From Perkinsus chesapeaki ATCC PRA-425 (lineage: Eukaryota > Protista > Perkinsozoa), in assembly GCA_013115145.1 (NCBI GenBank), contig JAAPAO010000240.1:1-48438 (forward strand): DNA of 48,438 nt. The letters are read 5' to 3'. Both the position numbers and the translations under genes were made by a program. Shown here piece after piece: positions 11,438-24,618 of this stretch. How positions within the stretch are numbered: the first letter of the stretch is position 1; every line of letters begins with the position of its first letter. The notes below the pieces were generated by a model. It was not told the DNA's origin and did not search any database. It saw nothing but the letters and a program-made list of their open reading frames with translations.

Positions 11438-11760
11438 ACTGTATTAGCGGTGGTTCCCGTTCGCAGTTCGGGTCCGGCTACCTACCCGTAATTAGGGGTT
11501 TTGAATCCGTTTCACGCGTTCTATAATAAAACTTATGTTAAGCCACATATAATATACCTTGGTAAATTAGATAACTAAAACCCGAATGTCAACCCTTGAA
11601 ACGAATCCGAGACCCGAACATTAGTCACTTCTCGGTTAGATGTTTGGCTAAGATTTGGGATGAGAGGATAAGCTCAATTCGTGGTTAGAATCGAGCTAGT
11701 TCCTCCCATACGTATGGGCTCTGCCACAACTTTCTTCCGACATCTAAATGTGACACAAAA

Positions 11761-12000
11761 TCACAATGGTTCGCGTAACATCACGGGCCGACTTCCAGCA
11801 GTAGCGCTGGAAGTCGGCCCGGCGGTAGTCTTGGCTGCGGTGGTGGTAGCTCCAGCACTAGTCGCAGTAGCTGTAGTGGTGGCGGCAACTGTAGTGGTAG
11901 TGGCAGTTGTAGTGGTAGCGATAGCCGCAGTTGTGGCAGCGGCGGTGGTAGTCTGAGAGACGACCGAGGTGAAGAGGGTGAGGAGAGCGATGATGCGCAT
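11761..12000 (-). CDS. Small secreted Thr/Ala-rich mucin-like protein (possible extra 3' exon to ~11680)
   Basis: MRIIALLTLFTSVVSQ signal peptide followed by about 50 residues of T/A repeats. A possible intron ends at tgtcacatttag. Confidence 0.75.
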   Translation of the reverse strand: MRIIALLTLFTSVVSQTTTAAATTAAIATTTTATTTTVAATTTATATSAGATTTAAKTTAGPTSSATAGSRPVMLREPL

Positions 12001-12148
12001 TATAATGAACGGGATCTGCTGAATGAGAGCTCCACTTGAATGCATTAAAATTTTCAAATTAAAAACAAGACATGGATTAGATAACCCTATTCATGAAAAG
12101 TGAAGATTTAATCGGAGGAACAGCTAACCATTTCGCCGTATGTTTCAG

Positions 12149-12907
12149 TTACCCGGGCAGTTGCAACCGTTTCAGATACCACTTCGAGCAACTGGAAACC
12201 GAACAGCTTTGTCGGCCGTTTTTTACTCTGACTTTCGTCACTTCTATGAGGCCGATAAGTCGAAATTCATCTACTGGAATCCGCCTGTACATCGATCTAA
12301 CACTACTCATTGAGTACGGGGTCAATTGAGTACTACCGACGATGTCAATCTTGTTTTGTTTACTGTTTACAGCCAAGTGCAATGCACTGACGAAGCCGTT
12401 CCGAAAGGCTTTGTCGCTGACAAGTCTATGTCAACCAGTTGCTCGTTTGCAGGTTCTGCTGCCACTGTGGTCACGGAATTCTGCTATTGTCAGCCCTTAC
12501 AATTTTAGATGACTTCCAGCAAAGCTTGATTTGTTCGGTCTATTAATGCTAGCAGTACTGTGTTACACTACAATCGACTGCACTGAGAATTCACCTTTCC
12601 AAGTTGTTTGAATTGCGCACTCTCTACCGTCAATACTTATTGGGAGTCCCGATTTGGGACAAGCGAAGGAAGTATATTTACGGCACTTAATGTCAACATG
12701 AGAGATGGTGATTCCCTTAACATTTCCATTGAGCTGGACAAAGACTTTAAGGCCATTGCTAAAGATATCGATAGGTTGCTTACTCAGTGGACAGCCAGAT
12801 CCGCACACGATAGGCAGGCGAAGGTAAGACGAACGATATAGATTGGCGGAGAGAGTGGTAGAGGAGGAAGTCGCGGAGGAGCGTTGAGCGCTGCCAGAAT
12901 GCTGCAT
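12149..12907 (-). CDS. Possible multi-exon hypothetical protein
   Basis: Cys-containing ORF piece (VCGSGCP..KCRKYTSFACP..RECAIQTTWK|gtgaat) followed by further open segments. The splice path is unresolved. Confidence 0.3.
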
Positions 12908-12935
12908 TTGATGTCTCTTTTTCTGCTCTATAAGG

Positions 12936-15900
12936 GTGAACTCCTCTCTGATGGATCATAACAGGAAATTATTCTGCAAAAATCTTCGTCGCGTCACTGC
13001 ATCGGGGCCCCAAATTCTGGGGCGACTTTCGAGCCTTAGGAGATACATTTGCGTGAGACTAGATGTAACCCGCGGTGAAGGCGTGTGCTTAAAGAAAGTA
13101 GTTTTTTCAAAGTACCAAGGTGGTACTAGCGGCACGTATGCATCCACTGAGATAGCCTGGTAGCATCCGATCAAAGTTGGGTCATAGGTCCGAGCCGGTC
13201 TTTGGCTCCAGCGTCTCAGAGCTTTCCAGTGTGGCCGCCAGGCAGCTCTACAGCGAACTCGCAACGACTATGCATTATTGCTGAAGCAGGCCTGTGTCAC
13301 TGGTACTTGCTTCACCTCACTTCCCCCTGGACTCCCGTTTCAGGAAGATTTTTGTCGCCTATTGATAAGGCGCCAGCAAAAGAGGATCTGCATCCTTTAC
13401 AGAGGAATGTCGTCTGGTCCCTGAGGCGGTGGGAGAAGGTGAGAGGCTGTTCTGACGGAATAAGTCTCATTCTCCTCCTTCCGTCTGAATTTGGTACCAA
13501 GAATTTGCAAAGTCAAGGTTTTTGTCATGCGATGTTGAAGAGGACTTAGCGACCTTTTCAATAATGCTTTCGGCAGGTTGAAGCGCTTCTTGATCCTGAC
13601 GGTCGCACGCGGAAGATATTTAATATCCTGGCGCGTGACGATGTGATATCATGCGATACCACTAGTGTAATTGATCGGTTTCTGGACCGAGTTAATCGGA
13701 AGAGCCCAGTCGAAGGATGCTCTAAACACGCGCTCAAACAAGGACATGTCTACGTGGACCGAGGTGCGTTGTGAGTTGGGAGTGAATATGTTTCATTGCA
13801 CCAATCTCATGACCCCATTATACCGCTAATCGAACCTTCCATGCGAATAGATTTGAGCTGGTTCGTTGTGAGTAGAAAGACTTACGTTACTTATAAAGCA
13901 TAAACATGCTTATCCTACAAATAACTTGTCTCCTGTGTGTTCGTACGTACTTATATGTATATGCGTTACCCCCTGGAGCAGTATTATTTACTAATGAGTA
14001 GGTATTCTTAATAGTAGTATACTACTAGATGTCCGAACTAACGAAGGTGAACAAGCTTTTCAGCTTCAGAGGCGTGCTGAACCTCGTTACCAAAGTTATG
14101 AGACACATGTGATAGGTTACCTGTTGATGTTGCTCCCAGCGACCTTTGCGTATGTCTGGAGAATGAATTTGAGTTATATCAAATCCCTATTGCGCTTGGC
14201 CTACGACTGACAGTAATGAAAGATGTACACAATTCATTCAACAGTCATAGACATTGAGATAGGTTAGCCAGCATCTTATTACAAGGCAATATGATAGACA
14301 ACACCCGGAAGGGATCTATCTGCAACTACTTCACTTTCAAAGGGGATTCGATTAACAGTGAACAGCTAGAACTGATAATTCTGGTCAGACCAGTCTAAAG
14401 AGTGCGCAACCCAAGCCACGCAATCTAGGCAGAAGAAAGATCCCATTTTAAGAGGTAAGATTGGTACGAAATCGTCAAGGAAAGGTGTGGCTCTCCTCTT
14501 GGTTAAACGACAGGATTATTTTTCTGGTGGATTTAAATCTCGAATGATGAGAAATGCTTCACCGAAGATAGATCATCGGATCTTTTCCAGAATTCTGCTG
14601 ATATTTTCAGCAAACTTGGATTTATATTGGATGATTGACCTGTTAAATGTGGCACCAGGGCAGGCATAGCATACGTATTCTGTCACGCGCCACTAATCTA
14701 TTTCACCACAGGTCTGATCGAAGAAAATCTCGCACTGAAAGAGCAACTCGGAGAAGCTCGGCAGCGAATATTTCATCTCGAAAGACAACTATATCGGTAG
14801 TTTCGTGGCGCGCTAGAAACTATCGAATGAATATTCAAGGTATTCTAATGAGAGGTGCTCGCCACGGATATCACCTAAAATCCTGCCACAGAGACAGTAA
14901 GTTATACATGATGCTGAGCTCGCAGTGAGCAAGTCTCACCGGTAGTAAAACTTATAGTATCAGTCCGATACACTCCATACCTTTGGTGGAGGATTTACTT
15001 TTCAGAAATTATCTTCTTGTGTATCTTCGCTTGATATTTTTCAGTTGTTGGAAGAATTCGGTGTGCTGGTTACCATTTCTAGTATGCGCCTCACTTCCTT
15101 CCGGTATTTTAAGAGTTTGAAATATTTTACCAATTTTAAGAATCTAAATTTTCCAGCTTTAAACGCTCAGTTCTCGCCTTTAAGATTCAAAGTTTGAATC
15201 ACTCACACAAAGTCATCAGTTCTACTTGTAAATAATTTTAGATATCTAAGATTGGACAACTCCTCAAAACTTTTAAATGCAGATATTGCATTATAAACGA
15301 CAAGATCCTCTATGTTCGAATCGAACGGGTCGACGTTACCAGCTTCTCACGGTTGATCCAGTTGTACTGGACCAGTACACCGACGCCCTCTCATTTAGGA
15401 CGGCGACTCGTGTCGGGTCTCCGACCCGATACTCAGTTGAGGAGCTTATGAAAAGGGTTGCCGATTTATCGAGTGATGGTGGCGAGAGCGATGCTATTTT
15501 CAACTTTGACAGGTGAGTTGTTCAATTTTAAAATCGCATGCGTTCGACGGTTCGATAATATTATTCTTCAGCCCTTCACGTCGTGATGACATCTGGTCAG
15601 CAACCCGTCGTAGCATAGATGACCTAATGAGCAGCTTAGACCCTCGAGCCCACACTTCCATGTCTTAGCGGCGGTGTCATGTCGTCTGTTTGAGTGCTAT
15701 CGAGTTCTGCCAGCTCAATCAACATGGGAAATATTTCCTTTGAATTGTTAACTAAACTTTACTTGTTTTAAAGGATCGTTCTTTCCGGTCAACAACGTTA
15801 AAGTGGACGGTCTGTTCAGATGGCTCCACTTCCCTAGCTTACCATAACAGCTGGATATTATCAAGGCATTGCTACATTCAGCGCTGGTGTTAGAGTGTAC

Positions 15901-17050
15901 GGAAACAATGCTTCGCTTTGCTTCACATGGACTACTATGGAGTGCGAATCGTCCATTCACATTTTGCCCGTGATACCAGCGCGAAATCTGGTATGAGTTA
16001 GATTCGTTTCGTACCACCGAAATGGCTGAACAGCATCAGCCTTCGAGGCAGCGCCATCCTACTTTCGATATTATCTTCTATCAGATGGAGTCTCGACACA
16101 CAGTTCCTCTGATTGATAAACACGTCAAAGTTGCAGATTTCATCGCGAAAAGGTGAGGACTATTTCTGAGGGTTCGGCCATGCGAGGAATCACTGAGGGT
16201 AGTTAGTTATTCCTAATTCAGTTAACGTTCCAGACAGAAACTTCTAACTCACCAATTTCTTCAGTTCCGTCAAGAATCGACGATATCAGAGTATATTTTT
16301 ACATTCCCTCGAATTTAACGCAAATCCCCAACTCAAAAAGTTCCATTCAAAATTGTCCCACTCTCATCTGATGCAGAAATGCGTTCCTCTAAACGCATCG
16401 ATAGCGAGTGTCTAATGAGTTGTTATGATCAACTGAGGCATAATTCAAGTCGGCAATTTTTGAACTAACACATAGTTCAAGTTGAAGTCTCCTAAACGGC
16501 ACTATGAGCTCTTCACTGCATCAGAAACTTTATTCCAGACTTGACACGTGATCGCTATTTTCGGATTTTGATTTGGCATTCTTCGCCACAGACGCGCAAT
16601 TCAGTCGCATTTGGAAGTAGTTTTGAAATCGGAGGATGGACGGTTCATGTTAAGGGTTTTGTGGCGCGCGGTCTCAGTCGGTTGGAAGGCTGGCATTACG
16701 GAGAGCTCCAAGACTTGGCGGAGCTGCTCGAGAGAATGGTGAAGTTGTTCCAAGAATATAATCGTCTGGACATTCTATCGGCGATGAAGCATGTCAGTGG
16801 AGATACCGTCACGCACCGCAAAATCGCCATCTGTCAGCTATTAGAGAATTGTCGTCTGCCTTTTATATCTGATCGCGCTTCCGATGTGATGGTCTACGGC
16901 GACAGACTTCCGCAGCTCATTACGGTTATCTGCACCAGTGTTATGGGAGTAGCGGATCCTGGTGATGTTGATGAGGTGAGTTACCGACGAATCCTGATGT
17001 GTGACGGAGAGAGCACTGAGCGAGCTGCAAGATTCGTCGATGACCAATGA
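12936..17050 (+). pseudogene. Long degenerate multi-exon hypothetical gene(s)
   Basis: Protein-like + strand segments (15277-15516 ending at a gtgag donor; 16541-17050, 169 aa) are separated by intron-like and stop-containing stretches. No family recognised. Confidence 0.4.
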
Positions 17051-17080
17051 ATAGTTGAGCTAATATTGGCTCATATAAGC

Positions 17081-17175
17081 TAGCCTATACTCATTGTAGC
17101 TAACTTGTACAATGGGTCTATATTGGAAGTTAGCCTATACTCATTGTAGCTAACTTGTACAATGGGTCTATATTG
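17081..17175. repeat. Tandem direct repeat, 50-bp period, 2 copies
   Basis: tagcctatactcattgtagctaacttgtacaatgggtctatattg (45 nt) is identical at 17081 and 17131. Confidence 0.95.
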
Positions 17176-17400
17176 AAACGGAAAATAATAGGTTACAGTT
17201 TAGGTTTAAGAGTGTTTGAAAGTTGAAGTTACAGAGGCTAAGGTTACACTTTAAGAATAGGTTAAACCTACACCTTGGAAGCTATGACAGAAATATATTA
17301 CTGTGTATTACTAAACCACCAATAGTCACACAGCGAAATGTCTCTCTGACAGTAAGCTGCAAAGTTTCGAGAAACATGGGAATCAGTCGTAAAGAATTCA

Positions 17401-19393
17401 GTGTTTTTTCAATCCCATTTCAGCCACTTCTCTGGTGACCTTTTATTAGAAAAGTTGAGACTTTTTGTTTCCATACGAGACCTTACTCATAGAAGCAATG
17501 AGCTAGATAACCTCTACTTTCGTATACGGGGCTGTAAGGATCTCGAAGTAGACACCCAGCCGCACTTGGACAGTGACAGTCCACTTGATAATGAGAATGC
17601 CAGGATGAGGCGATTTATGAGAAAGCCGCAGTTGTGATAAGCAAATTAAGCGGTATTGGGGCTTGGTGTCGTAGTGGGTATATTTTATGAGATATAATTC
17701 AGGAATCTGATATCGGTATTAAGGAAGCCAAGGTTGGCCTCAGAGAAGTGGTTGCTGAGATAATGAGCAGCATTTCAAGGTGAGGGGATCTTCCTAATTG
17801 GCTTTTATAGTTGAGTAGCACGGTCTCATTTCCGAATGCAATACTGCGTGAATTATTTTGTTATCCTACAAATGCTGTACTTAATTACTGTACTATTCTT
17901 ATAGTAGCATTATAGCCTACCGATATATCTTATAGTCATGCTCATAAGAACTAACTAGAACGGAGAGTAAATGTTGAGTTATTTACTAACGTCAGCATTG
18001 TTGGCGTTTTAGCTCAGCATTAACAGCCGCTTGTTTGGGAGAGAGAGCACCCAATTCGATCAATCTCGAATTGTCATTTTCTCACATCAGACGATTGTTC
18101 CGTTTCAGATGGGGGCAGTCAGATATTATTGAGAGGGAACCATCACAGGAGACAGCTCGACAGATCCTAGCGGCAACCGGCACAGCAAACCTGCGAATAA
18201 TATCTGATGCACGTGAAGTCCTAGTTGAGCTCGTGAAAGCATTTCGAGACGAGAAGGATGCTTCCTCGGTGAGCCAGCTACTTCTTTGTTTTCTGACACC
18301 TCTAGTTGTCGCTTCAGGCGGTTAAGATGTTGACCATGTTCCGGGACATGGCGGTCTTCAGGCCGATCTGTGCTGAGCTTATCAATCTTGGCCTGCCGAT
18401 TGCTGTCCTGCGCCTTCTTCGCGTTAACCTTCACAAAGCAGCCGAGGTAGCGTGCGCATTACAGTTTTTCCTTGTGAAGAGTGTCATGCGGAACGCTCTG
18501 AGTGCTGAGTGCTGCAGTGGAGTAACTCCACAGCTTTAGTGTGTGAACAGTGCAAAGAAGCGGCAACGAAACTGAAGCGTGTGCTCTGAAAATGCGAGTG
18601 TCTTGTCAAACAAAGTCTCCGATGAGCTATGTTGATAATCAACGAGAGGAAGCACAGAGTCATGATAGGACTAATTATAGTACAAGAAATTCCCTTCTAT
18701 CAATAAAAACTCCAAAGAGTGAACAGTAAGCAAGTATTATTGTAAGTGATACTTTGACTAATGAGTGGGAAACGCTGAGACAAGGAAATATATGTAACGG
18801 AAAGTTCGGCGGCTTCAATGCTGGCTTCGGATGAAGAGCAACGCTTCATGAACTACCTGGCCCGGATACTAACCCATTTCAATCAGCGTTCCTTGTTTCT
18901 TTCAGATATTTCTGGTTGCTACTGAGTTATTGGGCAATTTGATAGAGCTTGATCCTGTTGATGGGGCTAGGTCCTGCGGCACACATGACTTTTTCGAGGT
19001 AAGACTTCTTATCGCTGTACAGGACACTCACGCTCGCATGAATGATAGATATATATTTTATCCGACAACTCTTGTTTTTGCAGTTTTTTTGTCCATATTT
19101 TTGATCCCACGGCCTCATCCGTTTTCCTCGGTTTTCGTTATTGGTGTCTCCACTTTTATACGCCATCATCGGACAGGCTTTATACTCTATTCGGAGGGAT
19201 AAGTGACGTGCACAGCCAATTAGCTGCTCTACCTTTTTACAGTGCAAGGGGAGCAAGAATTCCGCCTCTCCCAAGTAGGATCTTGCGTCACATCACTGGG
19301 AGATATCCAAGTTGTGTCACATCCAAGATGTTCAGAATTGTAGGGCATCTTCGCTGTACTTGGCTTCTTATGAGAAGTTTTGCTCCTACTTAG
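17401..19393 (+). CDS. Multi-exon helical (ARM-like?) hypothetical protein, possibly decayed
   Basis: A phase-0 49-nt intron (18269-18317) joins the two ORFs in frame (KDASS|AVKMLTMFRDM). Further donors at SISR|gtgagg and DFFE|gtaag. The Leu-rich helical character is an impression only. Confidence 0.45.
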
Positions 19394-20353
19394 CTGTCTT
19401 CCGCTTTTCTACGCGGCTGGCGCTGAATATTGCCACTATATTGCCACTACATTGTTGCCAATGGATATCTTAGGTCACATCGGAAATACTGAACGAGCTT
19501 GTCGGTCTTTCTGGAGTTAAAAACATGATATGCAGGAATGATATGGCAACCATCTTATTGCTAATCATCGAGCATGCAGTAAGTTGAGAGAGGTCTCTTC
19601 ATGAGGAGACAGAAATACCCGTTAATTCACAAGCACTTGGGTAGAACAACTTCCCCTCGGACTTGTATTTTGGTGGACCTATTGCGGTTGCATATCCTTT
19701 GAAGTTTACGGTGTGATATTTGACAATCATTAATTTATTTGAATCGTAGATTTTCCCTATTTCCCAGGTAACCAAATTAATAAACTACTCAATGTAATTA
19801 CTTAGTATTATTAAGATAATAATTACTAACTCGTAATTAGTACTTATTAATGTAGTAATTAGTATAGTACTTACTAGTAGTAATAATGATAATAGCTTAG
19901 CAGTTCAATAGTGACTCAATAAGAGTCATTTTGTTTAATTACAATGGACGGGCCCTAGTTAATCGGTATACAATCAATATTAACTTCGTAGCTCCCTGTC
20001 AACTATACAGTGTGACCCAAACTGTTATGCAAAGCAGTTTTTCCATAACTCTCGACGAATAGAAACACGAAATTTGAAATATATCACAACCGTTACCAGA
20101 TAATACGATAATAATTGAAATGAGCGATGAAACGGTCATGACAACATCACAGTTCCTGTCGCTCGTAATGATTTGCGAATTCGTAATCATTTCGTCGAAA
20201 AGGTGATTTGAAATGACAAATTGTGATTTGCAAATCGAAAGTGATTTGCATGACAGTTTGGGTCACGCTGTGAATAAGATTTATTAAGGAAGTGATGTCG
20301 GAGTCTTCATCGGCATTAGCTCCAGCGCTCCTCCTCTTCCTCAGACAGATGAA

Positions 20354-21359
20354 GTGTTGAGCAATTTGGTTTCCTCTGGTTTAATGTCGTTATTATTATT
20401 CTGGTCGAAAACAGTTGACGGTCAAGGAGAATATCAACGCATGAAGGAGCTCACTCAGAGTCGAACGGCAAAGCTAAAGCCGCTCACTGATCCTTTGGTA
20501 GGCCAATTTCATGGCGCAGTGACGATTTATGCTTTTCGATAGATGGTGTATGATGTTGACTCGTTACGTGCTGGAAGGATGGGGTCGGTGGAAGATGTTC
20601 AGTTGAGGATTATTTTGTGGCGCGCGGTAGCTTTGGCTGCTGGCAGCAATGACGCTTGTTCTGAAGAGGCTGATGAATTCGGTAGGAGGAGAGAGTCTCA
20701 AGAAGTCAACCGGCTAGAGAGACTCCTGATCTCACTGATTCAACTGTGGGGTTATTGTGGAGTCCCTCTGCGTATGAGTTATTTACTGTTACGCAACTAC
20801 GAAAGAAATTCATCGAGGGATTACCTTTTTCTGAGAAAGGTGAAAAGTTGCCCGAGGATCCAGAGACTTTATAGGACTCAATGAGCATCAAGTAGATATT
20901 AACCGAACAGGATACTTATGAATGAGCTTCCCTTACTTTTCGATCATCGTAACGCTCGCAAAGCCTACTAATTTATGAGGTGTAGTTGGCCTGTTCGGCT
21001 CGACGCGGAGACTTCGAATCTCTGAGATTTCAAAGTTGTTCCGCTGATGTCTTTTAGGTTTCATGGGAACCTGTTTGACCGCTCTCGACAGTGCAGAGGT
21101 CTCCGGGGGGTCCACTGAGTATGCCACCAGGCTTGAAACAGCTGCACTAACATCGATAAGCGTCATGATAGACACTGATAGAGGAATGAGAACGGCATTT
21201 GCTTTGGTGAGAAAGTGTGAAGAACAACCTTATTCAAGCGTTTTATGCGATTTCCCAATCCAGGCAGCACACCAGTGCTGGAGCGCTGTAACTCAAAACG
21301 CTCCTTTCTCGCTAGGGCGAGATAATCTCATCAGATTATCTGGAAATAATATGTCTTAG
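20354..21359 (+). pseudogene. Degenerate hypothetical gene
   Basis: Consecutive protein-like ORFs are separated by single stops. Weak resemblance of SRTAKLKPLTDPLVGQF to NRTGRRYQLLTVDPVVLDQY at ~15320. Confidence 0.4.
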
Positions 21360-22288
21360 TCAGATGATGGCTTTGAGATGGCTGTACGGCGTGAGTGATT
21401 GTTGTTGATTCAGGCAGGTGGTGTTATGGTTGTGTTGCGCTACGTACAAGGCTTGGCATCTGAGCTCAGACGGGGCTGCAGAAGCAGTTTTGATGTGATC
21501 AATAATGATAGGAAAACTGAGCTATTGAAGAAAGCCCTGAACACGCTTATGATAGGTAGGAGTATGGTGAAATGTTAGCTCAAGGCGGCACAAGCCCTGG
21601 AGAGTACCCGGGGTTAAAGAAACCCGAACCCACACGAGACGGAAATAGTCCCACTTAGTTAATCTATCAAATCTCTGGGCAACTTGAATCGAGACGGTCT
21701 ATACCTGTACTGGCATTGCCACTGTATGGTTCACCAAGCCCCGGTGACCACCGAGGGGTGCCTCTTCTGCATAGGCGTCGATCCTGGCTAGGGCCCCGAT
21801 AGACAATACATCGAGCGCCGCTACTCAATCCAAGGATCCCTCGATCTAAGCTTTGTTTCGGGCTTTTGACGATGCAGCTCTCATTTGCGTACCCGTTTTC
21901 GTTTCACAAGGTTCAGCCCACGAATCGTGCTGCATTCTGGGACCAACAGTTTGTAAGTTCAACTTCGCAATTGACCAGAGACTAGTTAGTCAACTCAACA
22001 GGGTTTTTTATAACGAATAACTCGATACTAGTCTCAACCCGACCACTTGCTAGTGCTTCTCGTTGCTGTAGAGCACTTGATGAAAAGTTATTCATCCCAA
22101 TATACCCTTCTCTAATAGTTATATAAAATATTCAACACGAAGACTGTAAAGTGAGTACTCACCCTAAAAGGTCATCATGGTTGTACTGTCGTCTACGGAG
22201 AGACGTTAACGAGGATGCGTAGTGTGACGAAGAGCCGATATTGATGTGAATGGGGCTCTCCATCAAAGATTACTGGCTAGCTGGCGGC

Positions 22289-22732
22289 CTACTTTCTGTA
22301 TAGTATAACATCCTCATCATTTCCGACCTCGACTTGACACATTGTGTACTTTTTATTGGAGTCCTTCTTGAATTCATAGGTATCAAGGGTCTCCTCGGTA
22401 GCTTGGACGCCACACTGCTTGCTGATAAAGGCATGAAGCTTAGGGAGATCCTTGCCCTCCTTGTCCACAACTCCGTATATGTCTTCGTCGACGTCAGTGA
22501 GTGTGAACCAAATATCCTCCTTGACCTTCTTTTCCCCGCAACTCACGATGACATTGACTTTGAACACCGTGGAATTTTCCGCGGTGCGCGTCTTGGCGAA
22601 CCCTGCCTGAATGGCCATGTAAGTCTTACCAGGGACCGTACCAACGAAGACCTCTCCCGAGGGAAAATATCCGATTGAGTGGGTAGCTGTAAGAAATGCA
22701 GCTAGTAGGATGTCGAAGAGCGCGAATCCCAT
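22289..22732 (-). CDS. Secreted hypothetical protein (147 aa, intronless)
   Basis: Hydrophobic N-terminus MGFALFDILLAAFLTATHS, intact ORF, and a clear paralogue at 8005-8263. Confidence 0.85.
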   Translation of the reverse strand: MGFALFDILLAAFLTATHSIGYFPSGEVFVGTVPGKTYMAIQAGFAKTRTAENSTVFKVNVIVSCGEKKVKEDIWFTLTDVDEDIYGVVDKEGKDLPKLHAFISKQCGVQATEETLDTYEFKKDSNKKYTMCQVEVGNDEDVILYRK

Positions 22733-22791
22733 CAGTTGTAGGTAGGATAAAGCTGTAAGGTAGCCTTAAGAAAAAGAAAGCACATACTGTA

Positions 22792-22824
22792 CCAAGCAAT
22801 TTGTACGCCACACAAATTGCTTGG
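22792..22824. repeat. Perfect 13-bp inverted repeat with 7-nt loop
   Basis: CCAAGCAATTTGT acgccac ACAAATTGCTTGG, 60 nt upstream of the ATG of the minus-strand gene. Confidence 0.9.
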
Positions 22825-22999
22825 GCATGCGTGCACTTGGTAAGCCGCTCAACAAGTGCGTCGCTCTACATAAAATGAATAAGTTGTTGGATGACAAGGG
22901 AGCAGTTATATAGTGCTTATAGAGTCTACCTACTCTTGAGCCTACATAACTTCGAATCGAAACCAACCTTATACAGCTCCCAGTTAAGCTTTGACTCGC

Positions 23000-23880
23000 A
23001 AAGGATCAACCCGAAGTGTTGAACGTTTCCTATGAGAGCTAAGAAGCTCGTTCGCCGGTTCTTGAACCACCTTGGCGTAACGTCCTAATACTCGGAACTA
23101 TTTCAGGAAAGCTCCGTCCAGCGTGTTTGGAAGCTCTGGGATCTGTAGGACGAGCAGACCGGTCTCCGCAAAGCCTAGCCGGGAAATATGATCTTTACCG
23201 AGTCCGCTGATTCCCGCGTATTCCCGTCGATCAGCGTCTCCCTAGACATTCGACGAGGAATTCTGCATCTTCAGAATTCACTGCTTGCAAACCGAATCGT
23301 TCGCGCCAAAGGATGGCAGCTGCTTCTGCCAGTCTCATAAGGGCATCCCGTGTTTGCGGGCTACTCTTGCAACGTCAGCGAAAGTTTTTCCTGCTTTTGC
23401 GAGGTCTGCTGGCAACCGACGGTTGGGCATCTTGTTCGCTACGCGAAGACCGGGTAGAGACTCGTAGACTGATGTGATGTTCAGGAGCCCTGCCTCAGGG
23501 ACCACACTAAAAACCCTGGCGAGCCTTGTCCCTCTTCTCCATTTCCACTCATCCACTTTTCACTCATCAACAGCCTCTAACGTCCGCGTTAGCTTCAAAT
23601 GCACGCACGCACATCACTGTGCGTCGGATTCACCTGATCCTCAGTTCGAGAGTTCGCATGCTCCTTTAACTGTAGCGGAATTGTATACATCTCTCCATTC
23701 GACGCGGTGCCCTATATCTTCTTGAAAGGCCGCCTGCTGCTCGATGGAAGCGGCGGTTCGCTATTTCCTTGCATGTTCTCTTGACGAACCGTCCTGAGTG
23801 ACTGCGCACATCTCGGATATGCCTCGCGAAGCCTGTACATTTTGGACGTTTTCTAAGACGGGACTCGCAAGAGACCTTAG
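23000..23880 (-). pseudogene. Degenerate hypothetical gene
   Basis: Protein-like minus-strand pieces (DEWKWRRGTRLARVFSVVPEAGLLNITSVYESLPGL) with an intron-like gtgaat..ttgaag and scattered stops. Confidence 0.35.
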
Positions 23881-24618
23881 TGCAGTACAGTGCTTATTGA
23901 GCCCGGAATAATGAACTCGAATTATAATGCTATTTAATATTCTGCTCAGTGGTTATTATTTTCATAGTCGAGAAGTGATATAGCATTAAATATTAACCCA
24001 TAATAAGGGAGCAGTTATTGGGACTGGATGTTTCAGTCTATAACACCTTCGATGGGTGATAGCTCAATTGCAATGGTGGCGAGCATGTGTGGGAGCTTGT
24101 TAGCCATTGCGGCGAAAATTATCCAGGAGGAATACTGGGGTCTCCGAAATTGAGATAGTTCCTGGATTCTGGTATCTTGCCAGGCCTGGAGTTCATCGGT
24201 GGAGATGTGAGTCAGAGTGCTGCAGCTGGTGGTGGTATACCAGTCCTTTGTGGGATCATAGGCGCGGATGGATACCTTGAAAAACGCACAGGTGAGAGAA
24301 CCGCACCGTTATGACAGCCCATTGCAACTTCACCTACGATTACGAGGCACACTGATAAAAAGTGCAGACTGACCGGAAAATATAATTGATACGGTTATGT
24401 TCACGAAGCCTCCTGATATCCGATGCAGATGGTACAGGATCATTCGGCATAACCTTGGACTGTGCGAAACCCGGGATACAATCGTCTCACTAGAGTGTGT
24501 GATAGAACTCACTGGGCAGATTGTCACTGTGTAGCAGTTATAAACAGTTGAGGACAGTTAAGTGTCATGACTGAATAGTCAAATAGTCCGTCCTCGGTTT
24601 CCGGCCAGGAGTAGGCGT

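Noticed and set aside
11681-11956. Val/Ala-rich + strand ORF
   Set aside because: Antisense of the Thr/Ala mucin-like gene.
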